Source: Deltaproteobacteria bacterium (GTDB lineage Bacteria > Myxococcota_A > UBA9160 > SMWR01). Taken from it: a stretch of DNA of 19,044 nucleotides. The translations under genes were made by a program, and so were the position numbers. Under the pieces are notes generated by a model that worked only from the letters and a program-made list of their open reading frames with translations, made no database searches and had not been told where the DNA came from. Positions 7,911 to 15,827 of this stretch are shown here, in pieces; position 1 is the stretch's first letter, and each line of letters starts with the position of its first letter. The stretch lies in contig JAQBGU010000007.1 in NCBI GenBank assembly GCA_032128375.1, positions 1 through 19,044 of the forward strand. Reading direction: 5' to 3'.

Positions 7911-9281
7911 GACTCTTCCGGGTTTCGTGTGGGTCACCGAGGGAGCTGAGATTCGTGGGAGGGGGCGGATCATGAGGTATGGGAGGGGCGATGAGATCGG
8001 CGATAACTTGATGGGATGCCTGAGGACACGATCGCCCAGCACTACGCGCAGTTGATCGGCGTGGGACGGCCTTGGGAGGTATCCCGGGTCGAAGTTTCCC
8101 ATACGGATCAAGAGGTTCAGATCTTCGTGGTTCGAGCCGCTCGCCCTCGGCTCCGGTGCCCGGAGTGTGATCGTGCCTGCGGTGGGTACGACACACGGGA
8201 GCGGCGGTGGCGCCACCTCGACACGATGCAGTACCGGACGTTCGTGATCGTCGAGGTCCCCCGCGTGCAGTGCGAGAAGCATGGCGTTCGCCAGGTCGCC
8301 GTTCCGTGGTCGGACCCGGGCTCTCGTTTCACCGCTCTGTTCGAGGCGCTGGTGATCGACTGGCTCCGCGAAGCCAACGTGCTGGCGATCGCACGGCGAA
8401 TGAGGTTGTCATGGGATCAGGTGGCCGGGATCCAGAAGCGGGCGGCGACGCGAGGGTTGGCACGCCGCAAGTCGAAGCCTCCGACGCAGATCGGCGTGGA
8501 CGAGACCTCGTTCCAGAAGCGGCACGAGTATGTGACGGTGGTGCACGACATCGCCGCGAAAGTCGTGGTTCACGTGGCCGACGATCGCAAGCAGGAGGTT
8601 CTGGAGGCCTATTTCGAGGGTCTGGGGCCCAAGGGCTGCGCGAAGCTCGAGCACATCGCGATGGACATGTGGGCGCCCTACATCGGTGCCACGCGGGCGC
8701 ACGTGCCGGAAGCCGACGCCAAGATCGTGTTCGACAAGTTCCACATCGCCAAGCATCTCGGGGACGCCGTCGACCGGGTTCGAAGGAAAGAGAACCGAGA
8801 GCTTGTATCCGAGGGCAGCACGAGGCTGAAGCGCACCAAGTATCTGTGGCTCCGCAACCCGGATCGGATGAGCGCGACGCAGTGGCGGGAGTTCGGCCCT
8901 TTGCGCGACAGCCGCCTCCAGGTGGCTCGGGCCTGGGCGATCAAGGAGGCGGCGATGTTGCTCTGGGGCTATGTCCGCCGCGGCTGGGCGGAGCGCATGT
9001 GGAAACGCTGGTATCAGTGGGCCATCCGTTCGCGGCTCGAGCCGATCAAGCGGGTGGCCCGCATGATCAAGAGGCATTGGGAGGGCGTGATCAACGCAGC
9101 CACCACGAACGTCACCAATGCGCGCGCCGAGGCCCTCAACAGCCGGATCCAGTGGGTCAAGCGAATGGCCTGCGGCTATCGCAACCGGGAGAACTTTCGC
9201 AACGCGATCTACTTCCACCTGGGTGGGCTCGATCTTTACCCGGAGACCCTCAAATCAGCCCACTCGAAATCCTGAAGCGCC
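7911..9281 (+). mobile_element. Complete ISL3-family insertion sequence (1371 bp) with an 8-bp target-site duplication
   Basis: Imperfect terminal IRs gactcttccgggtttcgtgtgggt (7911-7934) and gcccactcgaaatcctgaagcgcc (9258-9281), 18/24 matches; direct repeat CTTATTAC at 7903-7910 and 9282-9289. Confidence 0.96.
8016..9275 (+). CDS. ISL3-family DDE transposase
   Basis: CPEC zinc finger, RRWRHLD, IGVDETSF, MDMWAPY, FDKFH, TNARAEALNSRIQ..KR.A.GYRN; the stop codon lies inside the right IR. Confidence 0.97.
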   Translation: MPEDTIAQHYAQLIGVGRPWEVSRVEVSHTDQEVQIFVVRAARPRLRCPECDRACGGYDTRERRWRHLDTMQYRTFVIVEVPRVQCEKHGVRQVAVPWSDPGSRFTALFEALVIDWLREANVLAIARRMRLSWDQVAGIQKRAATRGLARRKSKPPTQIGVDETSFQKRHEYVTVVHDIAAKVVVHVADDRKQEVLEAYFEGLGPKGCAKLEHIAMDMWAPYIGATRAHVPEADAKIVFDKFHIAKHLGDAVDRVRRKENRELVSEGSTRLKRTKYLWLRNPDRMSATQWREFGPLRDSRLQVARAWAIKEAAMLLWGYVRRGWAERMWKRWYQWAIRSRLEPIKRVARMIKRHWEGVINAATTNVTNARAEALNSRIQWVKRMACGYRNRENFRNAIYFHLGGLDLYPETLKSAHSKS

Positions 9282-9289
9282 CTTATTAC

Positions 9290-9377
9290 TAAGCCCTTGA
9301 CTCCCCTGAAACCATTCCGAGCGTCAAGAACGGTAGCTCCGACCCAACGAAGCATCATCTTCCCTCCTTGTCCAACG
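9290..9377 (-). pseudogene. IS256-family transposase remnant, piece upstream of the ISL3 insertion
   Basis: QGGKMMLRWVGATVLDARNGFRGVKGL joins in frame to VIRDMATLVEALRRH once the ISL3 and one TSD copy are removed. Confidence 0.75.
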
Positions 9378-9392
9378 TCCCCACTCCCTGCG

Positions 9393-9875
9393 CTAGTCGC
9401 AGAGTCTCCGAAAGCCAGCAACTCCGAGAACATCGCCAAGAATCACCAAAGCAAGCACGTTCAATGCCGGGACTGGCAATGCGGGGGAAATCAACGGTCC
9501 AGTATTCGCAGTGTCCTGGCCGGTCCCCGCAATGTCGAACTGCAGGTTGTTCCACTTGGTATTCCAATCGACGAAGGAGTTGTTGTCGACTGTGAGAATG
9601 AGCCGCCAATGCCTGTTGGAAAGAGATGTGCGAGCGTGCCCTGAAGGACCGGGTCGCCGAACTCGAATTCGAGAACCATGCGGACCCTGTTGCCCGAAAA
9701 ACCGAAGTCGTTGATCGGACCGAAGACGAGTGCGACGTCACTTATTGACCGAGATCCCTTGGCCCGCGACGAATGCGCCGGTGGCCTTGTCGACCGTAAC
9801 TTCGAGCATGTAATCCCCTACGGCGACGGGGGCGCCACCGACCTCAGTCACAAGACCCAGAATGCTCGGCTGCCG
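9393..9875 (-). pseudogene. Decayed 3' part of a surface protein with an IPTL/VPxL-CTERM-like sorting tail
   Basis: Three successive protein-like segments separated by two frameshifts (DYMLEVTVDKATG / DVALVFGPINDFGFSGNRVRMVLEFEFG / RLILTVDNNSFVDWNTKWNNLQFDIAGTG), ending PVPALNVLALVILGDVLGVAGFRRLCD*. Confidence 0.65.
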
Positions 9876-9884
9876 GCTTCGACG

Positions 9885-11030
9885 TCAAAGTGAAAGCAAG
9901 AAAGCCGCGTTGCCCCCGCCGAGAGCGTTCGCCTCTGTTTCAGTCAGGTCGCGCGGCTGGGTTCGACGATACAGCGGCCAGCATGGCTGGCTCATTCCTT
10001 CTGCGTGGGGGTAGTCGCTGCCCCAGGTAAAGATCTCGGGTCCGGCGAGGTCCATCAGGTGAGCGGCGCCTTCGAGCGCGAATGCGTTCACACGCACCTG
10101 CCGCTTGAAGTATTGGCTGGGTCGCATGCTCAGCAGCGCGAGTGGGTGGCCGCGCTGTTGGGTATAGAAGTGGAACGCGCCGTCGAGGTGCATCAGGAAG
10201 CCGGGTACCCAGCCGGCGGACAGCTCGAACACACCGATGCGCAGCCGGGGGAACTCTTCGAGTTTTCCGTGAGCGATCAGGCTGGCCAGTGCGACGGCGG
10301 GCGCGAGGTAGAGAAAGGCTGTGTCCATCAGCTTGTTGACGGGTTCCGGGTCGAGTGCGTACCAGGCGGGATCGAGCGGGAGTGCGATGTTCGAGACGTG
10401 GAAGCAGAGCGACATGTCGTGGTCCTGGACCGCCGCCCAGGCCCGGTCGAAATCGGGGTGGGCGAGCGCTTTTCCGTCGACTGGAGACGGGGAAATCATC
10501 GCCAGCTTGCAACCACCCTTTGCGACGCGATCCAATTCCGTGCAGAACCAAGCGAGATCTTTCAGGCTCAGCGTCGCGGCGGGAAACAGACGCTGCTCAC
10601 AGATGGGCAACAGTTCGAGCAGCCAGCTGTTGTAGGCCGCGAGGTTCGCAAACAGTGCGTCCGGGTTGCCGCTCAAGCGTTCACCCCAACCGAGACCGAG
10701 GTTCGGAAATACGATCGATGCGTCGACTTCATTGCGGTTCAGGTTGGCGATGCGTTCGGTGGGCTGCCACGCATCGGAGATCTGGTGCGCCGCCTGCTGC
10801 CAAGCCTCTCCATTGGCAAAGCGCCTTTGCTGTTCGCCGATCAACTCGGGATGGCCGGGCGTGTGCGAGTCGATCCGGAACAGGCGGTTGCCACGGTGGG
10901 TCAGCCACGGCCATCCGCGATCATCGCGCTCGACGACCAGCGCCTCGTCTCGACGCTTCGGATCGATGTGATCCAGGTAAACGGTCGCGGGTTCCATCAG
11001 ATGAGTGTCGGCGTCGATGATCTGTGTCAT
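9885..11030 (-). CDS. Amidohydrolase family protein (Amidohydro_2, metal-dependent TIM barrel)
   Basis: IIDADTHLME, AAYNSWL, FHV, FPRLRIGVFELSAGWVP, WGSDYPHAEG. Confidence 0.94.
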   Translation of the reverse strand: MTQIIDADTHLMEPATVYLDHIDPKRRDEALVVERDDRGWPWLTHRGNRLFRIDSHTPGHPELIGEQQRRFANGEAWQQAAHQISDAWQPTERIANLNRNEVDASIVFPNLGLGWGERLSGNPDALFANLAAYNSWLLELLPICEQRLFPAATLSLKDLAWFCTELDRVAKGGCKLAMISPSPVDGKALAHPDFDRAWAAVQDHDMSLCFHVSNIALPLDPAWYALDPEPVNKLMDTAFLYLAPAVALASLIAHGKLEEFPRLRIGVFELSAGWVPGFLMHLDGAFHFYTQQRGHPLALLSMRPSQYFKRQVRVNAFALEGAAHLMDLAGPEIFTWGSDYPHAEGMSQPCWPLYRRTQPRDLTETEANALGGGNAAFLLSL

Positions 11031-11164
11031 GGCTGATCTCTGCTGGCATTTCTGATTGAATCCGGTGTGTCTGATCCACCGGCTGGCATCGCGGCTTCCA
11101 CAGGATCCCGCACTCGATGGCGATCGTCATGCAAGGTACCGCCGCGAGTGATTCGTCTTTCGAA

Positions 11165-11201
11165 GTACCGGTCATTGAAAAGGTACCGGGTCATTGAAAA
11201 G
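11165..11201. repeat. 18/19-bp tandem duplication containing a -35-like hexamer
   Basis: GTACCGGTCATTGAAAAG + GTACCGGGTCATTGAAAAG. Confidence 0.9.
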
Positions 11202-11223
11202 AAACCATACGAACGTATTGTTT
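11194..11223 (+). promoter_or_regulatory. Sigma70-like promoter overlapped by a palindromic TetR-type operator
   Basis: TTGAAA-N16-TATTGT; palindrome AAACCATACG-AA-CGTATTGTTT (11202-11223, 9/10 paired). Confidence 0.65.
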
Positions 11224-11270
11224 TCTCCACGTGGTGGCGCTTCCATTCCAGCAGAGTCGCGAATAGCCGC

Positions 11271-11308
11271 CGAACCGTCGTCGAACCGTCATCGAACCGT
11301 CGTCGAAC
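11271..11308. repeat. 11-bp tandem repeat (about 3.5 copies) in the 5' leader
   Basis: cgaaccgtcgt cgaaccgtcat cgaaccgtcgt cgaac, ending 3 nt before the RBS AGGAG. Confidence 0.95.
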
Positions 11309-11323
11309 AACAGGAGCCCCCCC

Positions 11324-12523
11324 TTGTCCAACATTTTCCGCGACGCCTACAGCATCGACTACCCCATCATCGATGCGGATTCCCACGTCAATGAGCCGCC
11401 CGAACTCTGGCAGGAGCGTGTCCCCGCGAAATGGAAAGACCGCGCGCCCAAGGTCATCCACAGCGAAGACGGCGACCTCTGGTCGTTCGACGACGGTCGC
11501 GAAAAGTGGCCCGTTGGACTCACCGCGACGGCGGGATTGTCGTTCTTCGAGTTCAATCCGATGAACAAGGGCGGTTATGCACAGATGCGACCGGGCAGCT
11601 TCGACACCGACGCGCGGCTAGCAGATATGGATGCCGACGGGATCTACGCACAAGTCATCTACCCGAGTGTCACGCTCAAGGGCGCTCGGATCTACTCGGA
11701 AGAACCGCAGCTGCAACTCGCCTGTGTGCGCGCCTACAACGATTGGCTGCTCGACTTCTGCGACGGTTCGAACGGCCGGTTGATTTCGCAGGCCATCATT
11801 CCGACCACCGGGGTCAAGGATGCGGTGTTCGAACTCGAGAGCGCGCTGAAGGCCGGGCACCGGGGCGTGATCATCTCGTCCTTTCCCAACGGCACGCTCG
11901 ATCCAAAGGACGAGGACGACCCTTTCTGGGAGATCGCGCAGGAAGCCAACATGCCGGTTGCGATCCACATCGGCAGTTTTCTCCCCAGCCAGGCGGCCCC
12001 CGTGGGCAAGCAGGCCAAGAACCCCGGCGCGCTCTGGACGGGGCTGCGCTTCGTCGGAAAAGCGGCCTGGACGAAGGCCGGCGGCCAGACGCTGGGTGTC
12101 GTGTGTGACGTGCTCTTCTCGGGCGTGTTCCAGAAGTTCCCCCGATTGAAGATCGTACTCGTCGAAGCGAACATCGGATGGATTCCCACACTGCTCGAGC
12201 AGGCAGACGATATGTACCGGCGCTTTCGTTGGTACACCGGGGCGGTCAACGAGATGACTGGGATGCCCAGTGACGTCTTCCATCGCCAGTTTTACGCGAC
12301 ATTCATGGTCGATACGGTTGGCGTCGAGCTTCGCTACCGGATGAACCTCGAGCACATCATGTGGTCGACCGACTACCCGCACAGCGGCTGCGACTGGCCC
12401 GATTCTCGCATCTCGTTGGAACGCGTCTTCCGGGGTGTCCCAAGCGATGAAGTCAAACTGATGCTCCACACCAATTGCAAGCAGCTCTACGGCCTCGACT
12501 ACATCCCCAACAAGTTCGATTAG
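11324..12523 (+). CDS. Amidohydrolase family protein (Amidohydro_2)
   Basis: IIDADSHVNEP, RAYNDWL, IHIG, FPRLKIVLVEANIGWIP, WSTDYPHS; TTG start with AGGAG 7 nt upstream. Confidence 0.95.
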   Translation: MSNIFRDAYSIDYPIIDADSHVNEPPELWQERVPAKWKDRAPKVIHSEDGDLWSFDDGREKWPVGLTATAGLSFFEFNPMNKGGYAQMRPGSFDTDARLADMDADGIYAQVIYPSVTLKGARIYSEEPQLQLACVRAYNDWLLDFCDGSNGRLISQAIIPTTGVKDAVFELESALKAGHRGVIISSFPNGTLDPKDEDDPFWEIAQEANMPVAIHIGSFLPSQAAPVGKQAKNPGALWTGLRFVGKAAWTKAGGQTLGVVCDVLFSGVFQKFPRLKIVLVEANIGWIPTLLEQADDMYRRFRWYTGAVNEMTGMPSDVFHRQFYATFMVDTVGVELRYRMNLEHIMWSTDYPHSGCDWPDSRISLERVFRGVPSDEVKLMLHTNCKQLYGLDYIPNKFD

Positions 12524-12556
12524 AGTCGAGACCACATCGTCGAGAGTGGGGCGAAA

Positions 12557-13174
12557 ATGAATACTCCCCGGAAGCGCACCCAGGCAGATCGCAGCGCGAT
12601 CACGCGGACCAGAATTCTGGCCGCGGTGGTTCGGTGCGTCGACGAGCTCGGCCTCGCAAGGACGACATCCCAGGCGATTGCCGACACGGCCGGAGTCACA
12701 GTCGGTGCGGTCCAACACCATTTCGCGTCCAAAGCGGACGTGCTTCGCGCAGTGCTCGAAGATTCATTCGACCGCTTGTCGGAAGAATTCGAGGGCACTG
12801 TCGTCGAAGGCTCACTCGAAGACCGGGTCTCGGTCTTCGTCGACCGCGCTTGGCGTCACTACGGCAGCGTGCAATTTCGATCGACTCTCGAGATCGTGCT
12901 GAGTGCTCGCGAACTGCGAGATGAGACAGATTGGGCGCGCGGCCCGATCGCCGAGAGCTTCGCTCGGGCGCGTCGACTGTGGGATGCGTTCTTCGGCGAG
13001 AGCGAGATTTCCGAGATCGCGCAGAGGGAGCTGCTGCGGTTTTCGTTCGTGACGCTCTCGGGAATGGCCATGACCCTGCGCCTGTCGGGCGATGCGACCG
13101 TCCAGGTCCAATTGCTCAAATCGGCACTCGCGGCGCTACTGCGCGACGCGATCAAGCAGCCGCGAGCAAACTGA
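12557..13174 (+). CDS. TetR/AcrR family transcriptional regulator
   Basis: RTQADRSAITRTRILAA...TTSQAIADTAGVTVGAVQHHFASKADV HTH. Confidence 0.94.
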   Translation: MNTPRKRTQADRSAITRTRILAAVVRCVDELGLARTTSQAIADTAGVTVGAVQHHFASKADVLRAVLEDSFDRLSEEFEGTVVEGSLEDRVSVFVDRAWRHYGSVQFRSTLEIVLSARELRDETDWARGPIAESFARARRLWDAFFGESEISEIAQRELLRFSFVTLSGMAMTLRLSGDATVQVQLLKSALAALLRDAIKQPRAN

Positions 13175-13207
13175 ATGCGATGGGTCCGGAAGCTCGGGCA
13201 CCTGTAG

Positions 13208-14719
13208 GTGGACCGAGTTCGCAGTTCCTCCGATCCGAGATCCGAACACACGTCAGACCTGAAGCGGGACCTGAAGCCAGAACTGCAGCCTGAATTGAAG
13301 CCAGAACTGAAACCAGAATTGAAACCAGAATTGAAACCAGAGTGGGTCTTCGTCGCTCTGGCGATCCCGTTTGGGCTGGCGTTCGCATTGGCGTTGCCGC
13401 CACTCGATGGAGCCGACGAGAGTCGCCATTTCCAGCGGGCCTTCGCACTTTCGGAAGGTTACCTGTGGCCCGTTGGAGAATCCGACGACTTTCGTCCGCT
13501 GGTTCCCACCAGCTTGAATCACCTGCATCCCCCCTACTTCTTCAAGCACTCGGACGGAAGTATCGACCGCGAACGTGGGCGCGATGGGAGAGTCGTGTGT
13601 CTACATGACCCACGCGACCCGATCACTGCGCTGAAAATTCCACTGAGGCCAGAGGTTCGAACGCCGATTCGATGGGGCGGTCCGTACAACCCGTTCTTGT
13701 ACGTCCCGCAAGCCACAGCGTTACTGTTCGGACGACTGCAAGGCTTGTCGGCGGGTTCGCTGCTGTATCTGGCGCGCTTTGCGACGCTGGCCGCTTCGAT
13801 CGCGCTGTGCTGGTTGGCACTGCGCTGGTCCCCGGTGCGCAAGTGGACCTTGATGATGCTGTGTCTGGGCCCGATGACGCTGTTTCAGGCGAGCTTCGTC
13901 AGTGGCGATGCCATCAATAATGCCGTCGCGCTGCTCGCGACTGCGGCGATCTTGCGGGCCGCGTTGGTGCCGAACTTCCGGGTGGAAGGCCGTCATGTCG
14001 GCGTATTGGTCGCGCTCTGCGCAAGCCTCGGCATGATCAAGCAGGGCTTGTGGGCATTCGGCTTGTTGCTGCTGCTGATTCCTGAGGCGCGTTTCCGAAG
14101 CCGGCGCCAGCGGTTCGCAATCGTCGTGGGGTCGGCGCTGGCGATGGCGGTGTGCGTGGTCGGCTGGGCGTTGGCCGTTCGCGCCGCGAATGCTGCGAGC
14201 GTTCACGGGAGCGCCGACGGAGCCGTCGCGACATTGTCGGATGTGGTTGCGATGTACAGCCAGTTTCCAGTCTGGCTCGAGGCTCTGAGCCGGCATAGCT
14301 ACCGAATATGGGTTCAGTACATCGGGATCCTGGGGCACCTGGATGTCGTGCTACCGCGCTGGATCTACTCCACCTACCCGATCGCGCTGGTCGCAGTCGC
14401 ATTGTTCGATCGCGACGATTCGCCCGGTCTCACTGTGATGCGCCGAATCGCCGTGTTCGGCATCGCTGGCGCGTCATTGATGACGACGCTGATGCTGATC
14501 TTCCTGGCGGTGCCAGGCATTGCGGATGCCAATTCCTCCACCGTACAGGGGCGCTACTTCGTTCCACTGGTCCCGTTGCTGTTCGTGGCAATCCCGGGCA
14601 TCCGACGGATGCCGCGAAGCTGCGGGCCGCTCGGAATCGCGTCGTTTTGCGCCATTACGCTGTTCGCTGCTGCGTACACAGTGGCGACCCATTACTTCAT
14701 AGGCACACAACCCGGTTGA
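13208..14719 (+). CDS. DUF2142-family multi-pass membrane protein (putative GT-C-fold glycosyltransferase)
   Basis: PP..GADESRHFQRAF, Y.P..YVPQA, LYLARF, S.D, IK, G.LG.LDV.LP, VQGRYFVP; many hydrophobic segments. Start uncertain. Confidence 0.85.
   Translation: MDRVRSSSDPRSEHTSDLKRDLKPELQPELKPELKPELKPELKPEWVFVALAIPFGLAFALALPPLDGADESRHFQRAFALSEGYLWPVGESDDFRPLVPTSLNHLHPPYFFKHSDGSIDRERGRDGRVVCLHDPRDPITALKIPLRPEVRTPIRWGGPYNPFLYVPQATALLFGRLQGLSAGSLLYLARFATLAASIALCWLALRWSPVRKWTLMMLCLGPMTLFQASFVSGDAINNAVALLATAAILRAALVPNFRVEGRHVGVLVALCASLGMIKQGLWAFGLLLLLIPEARFRSRRQRFAIVVGSALAMAVCVVGWALAVRAANAASVHGSADGAVATLSDVVAMYSQFPVWLEALSRHSYRIWVQYIGILGHLDVVLPRWIYSTYPIALVAVALFDRDDSPGLTVMRRIAVFGIAGASLMTTLMLIFLAVPGIADANSSTVQGRYFVPLVPLLFVAIPGIRRMPRSCGPLGIASFCAITLFAAAYTVATHYFIGTQPG
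13256..13339 (+). repeat. 12-bp coding tandem repeat x7 ([DE]L[KQ][PR])
   Basis: GACCTGAAGCGG GACCTGAAGCCA GAACTGCAGCCT GAATTGAAGCCA GAACTGAAACCA GAATTGAAACCA GAATTGAAACCA. Confidence 0.97.
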
Positions 14720-14954
14720 GCGGATCAGCCGCGCACGGCACTTCACTCCCGGTCGAGAATCCGCAGCGGCGAAGAAGTGAAGTCGCGCAGTCTCCCATAG
14801 CGCCGCTTGGCATCTGCGACCCGTTCGGGATCGAACTGTGGCAAGCAGCTCCGGCCTTTATCGCGTGCGGGAAACGCTGATGCGCACTGCGCATCGGTCG
14901 AGACTGTGAGAGACTCCCGGCAGAATCGGCTCGCATGACGCAGGGGGTGCAACA

Positions 14955-15695
14955 GTGGATCTTGGGATTGCGGGTAGAACCGCTGTCGTTGCGGGCGCTT
15001 CCGCTGGGCTCGGCTTCGCCAGTGCGAAAGCGCTCGCTGAAGCTGGCGTGCGAGTGGCGATCTGCAGCCGCGATCGCGATCGCATCGAGGCTGCGGCCCA
15101 CGCTATCGGGCATGGCACCATCCCCATCGTCGCGGATGTATCGAACGAAGCCGGTGTGCAGGCGCTCATCGAGTCAGCTTCCGAGGCATTGGGCGACATC
15201 GACATCCTGGTGGCAAACTCGGGTGGGCCTCCGCCCGGCACGGCGATGACGACGACGATCGACGCTTATCGCGCTGGACTCGAGCAATCGATGCTGTCGA
15301 CTGTGAGCATGTGTCTGGCGGTCGCCTCGGGAATGAAAGATCGTAGGTGGGGGCGAATCGTCGCCATCACGTCCAGCGGTACGCGAAACCCGATCCCATA
15401 CCTGGCCGCGTCGAGTGCGGCACGTGCCGGCGTAACCAGCTTCTTGAAAAACCTTGCCAGCGAGCTCGCACCGCACGCCGTGACGGTCAACTCGGCTCAA
15501 CCGGGCGTCCACGCGACGGCCCGCATCACCCAGTTCACCAGCGTCGAGCAGGCGGCCAAAAACGTGCCGACGCAGACTGTTGGCGACCCGCGCGACTTTG
15601 GCCAAGCCGTGGCCTTTTTGTGTTCCGACGCGGCCAAATTCATCACCGGCACCGGTCTGCTGATCGACGGCGGCCAGTCGGGCTATTTGCTCTGA
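14955..15695 (+). CDS. SDR family oxidoreductase (FabG-like subgroup lacking YxxxK)
   Basis: AGASAGLG Rossmann motif, DILVANSGGPPPG, VTVNS..PG, FITG..L.IDGG; SSAAR occupies the YxxxK position. Confidence 0.93.
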   Translation: MDLGIAGRTAVVAGASAGLGFASAKALAEAGVRVAICSRDRDRIEAAAHAIGHGTIPIVADVSNEAGVQALIESASEALGDIDILVANSGGPPPGTAMTTTIDAYRAGLEQSMLSTVSMCLAVASGMKDRRWGRIVAITSSGTRNPIPYLAASSAARAGVTSFLKNLASELAPHAVTVNSAQPGVHATARITQFTSVEQAAKNVPTQTVGDPRDFGQAVAFLCSDAAKFITGTGLLIDGGQSGYLL

Positions 15696-15827
15696 TCCTG
15701 CTCTGATCTCGCATGATCTTGAACTGAACACTTTTTGGTGTCGATATTGTTCATTAGGTATGATGGGACGCAGTGGCCTGCTCTGAGCCTGATCTGATTG
15801 CGGCGGCGGCCGGGTGGTCGCCCGAAC

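Noticed and set aside
8207..9292. Long alternative-frame and antisense ORFs (e.g. 8207-9292, 10005-11036, 11618-12721, 16975-17988, 2766-3752)
   Set aside because: Shadows of real genes in GC-rich DNA; Arg/Pro/Gly-rich or antisense-like composition, no recognisable motifs.
11165..11308. Intergenic repeats as a mini-CRISPR array
   Set aside because: Units are 11-19 bp and directly tandem with no unique spacers.
14743..14952. 69-aa minus-strand ORF as a small protein
   Set aside because: No RBS or recognisable motif, and it occupies the SDR promoter region.
15400..15430. SDR lacking the YxxxK motif as a novel or dead enzyme
   Set aside because: SxxxR at this position with NxGGPPPG is typical of a known widespread atypical SDR subgroup.
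15688..15720. TGCTCTGATC repeated across the SDR stop codon
   Set aside because: Two short copies; an ordinary slippage duplication with no evident function.
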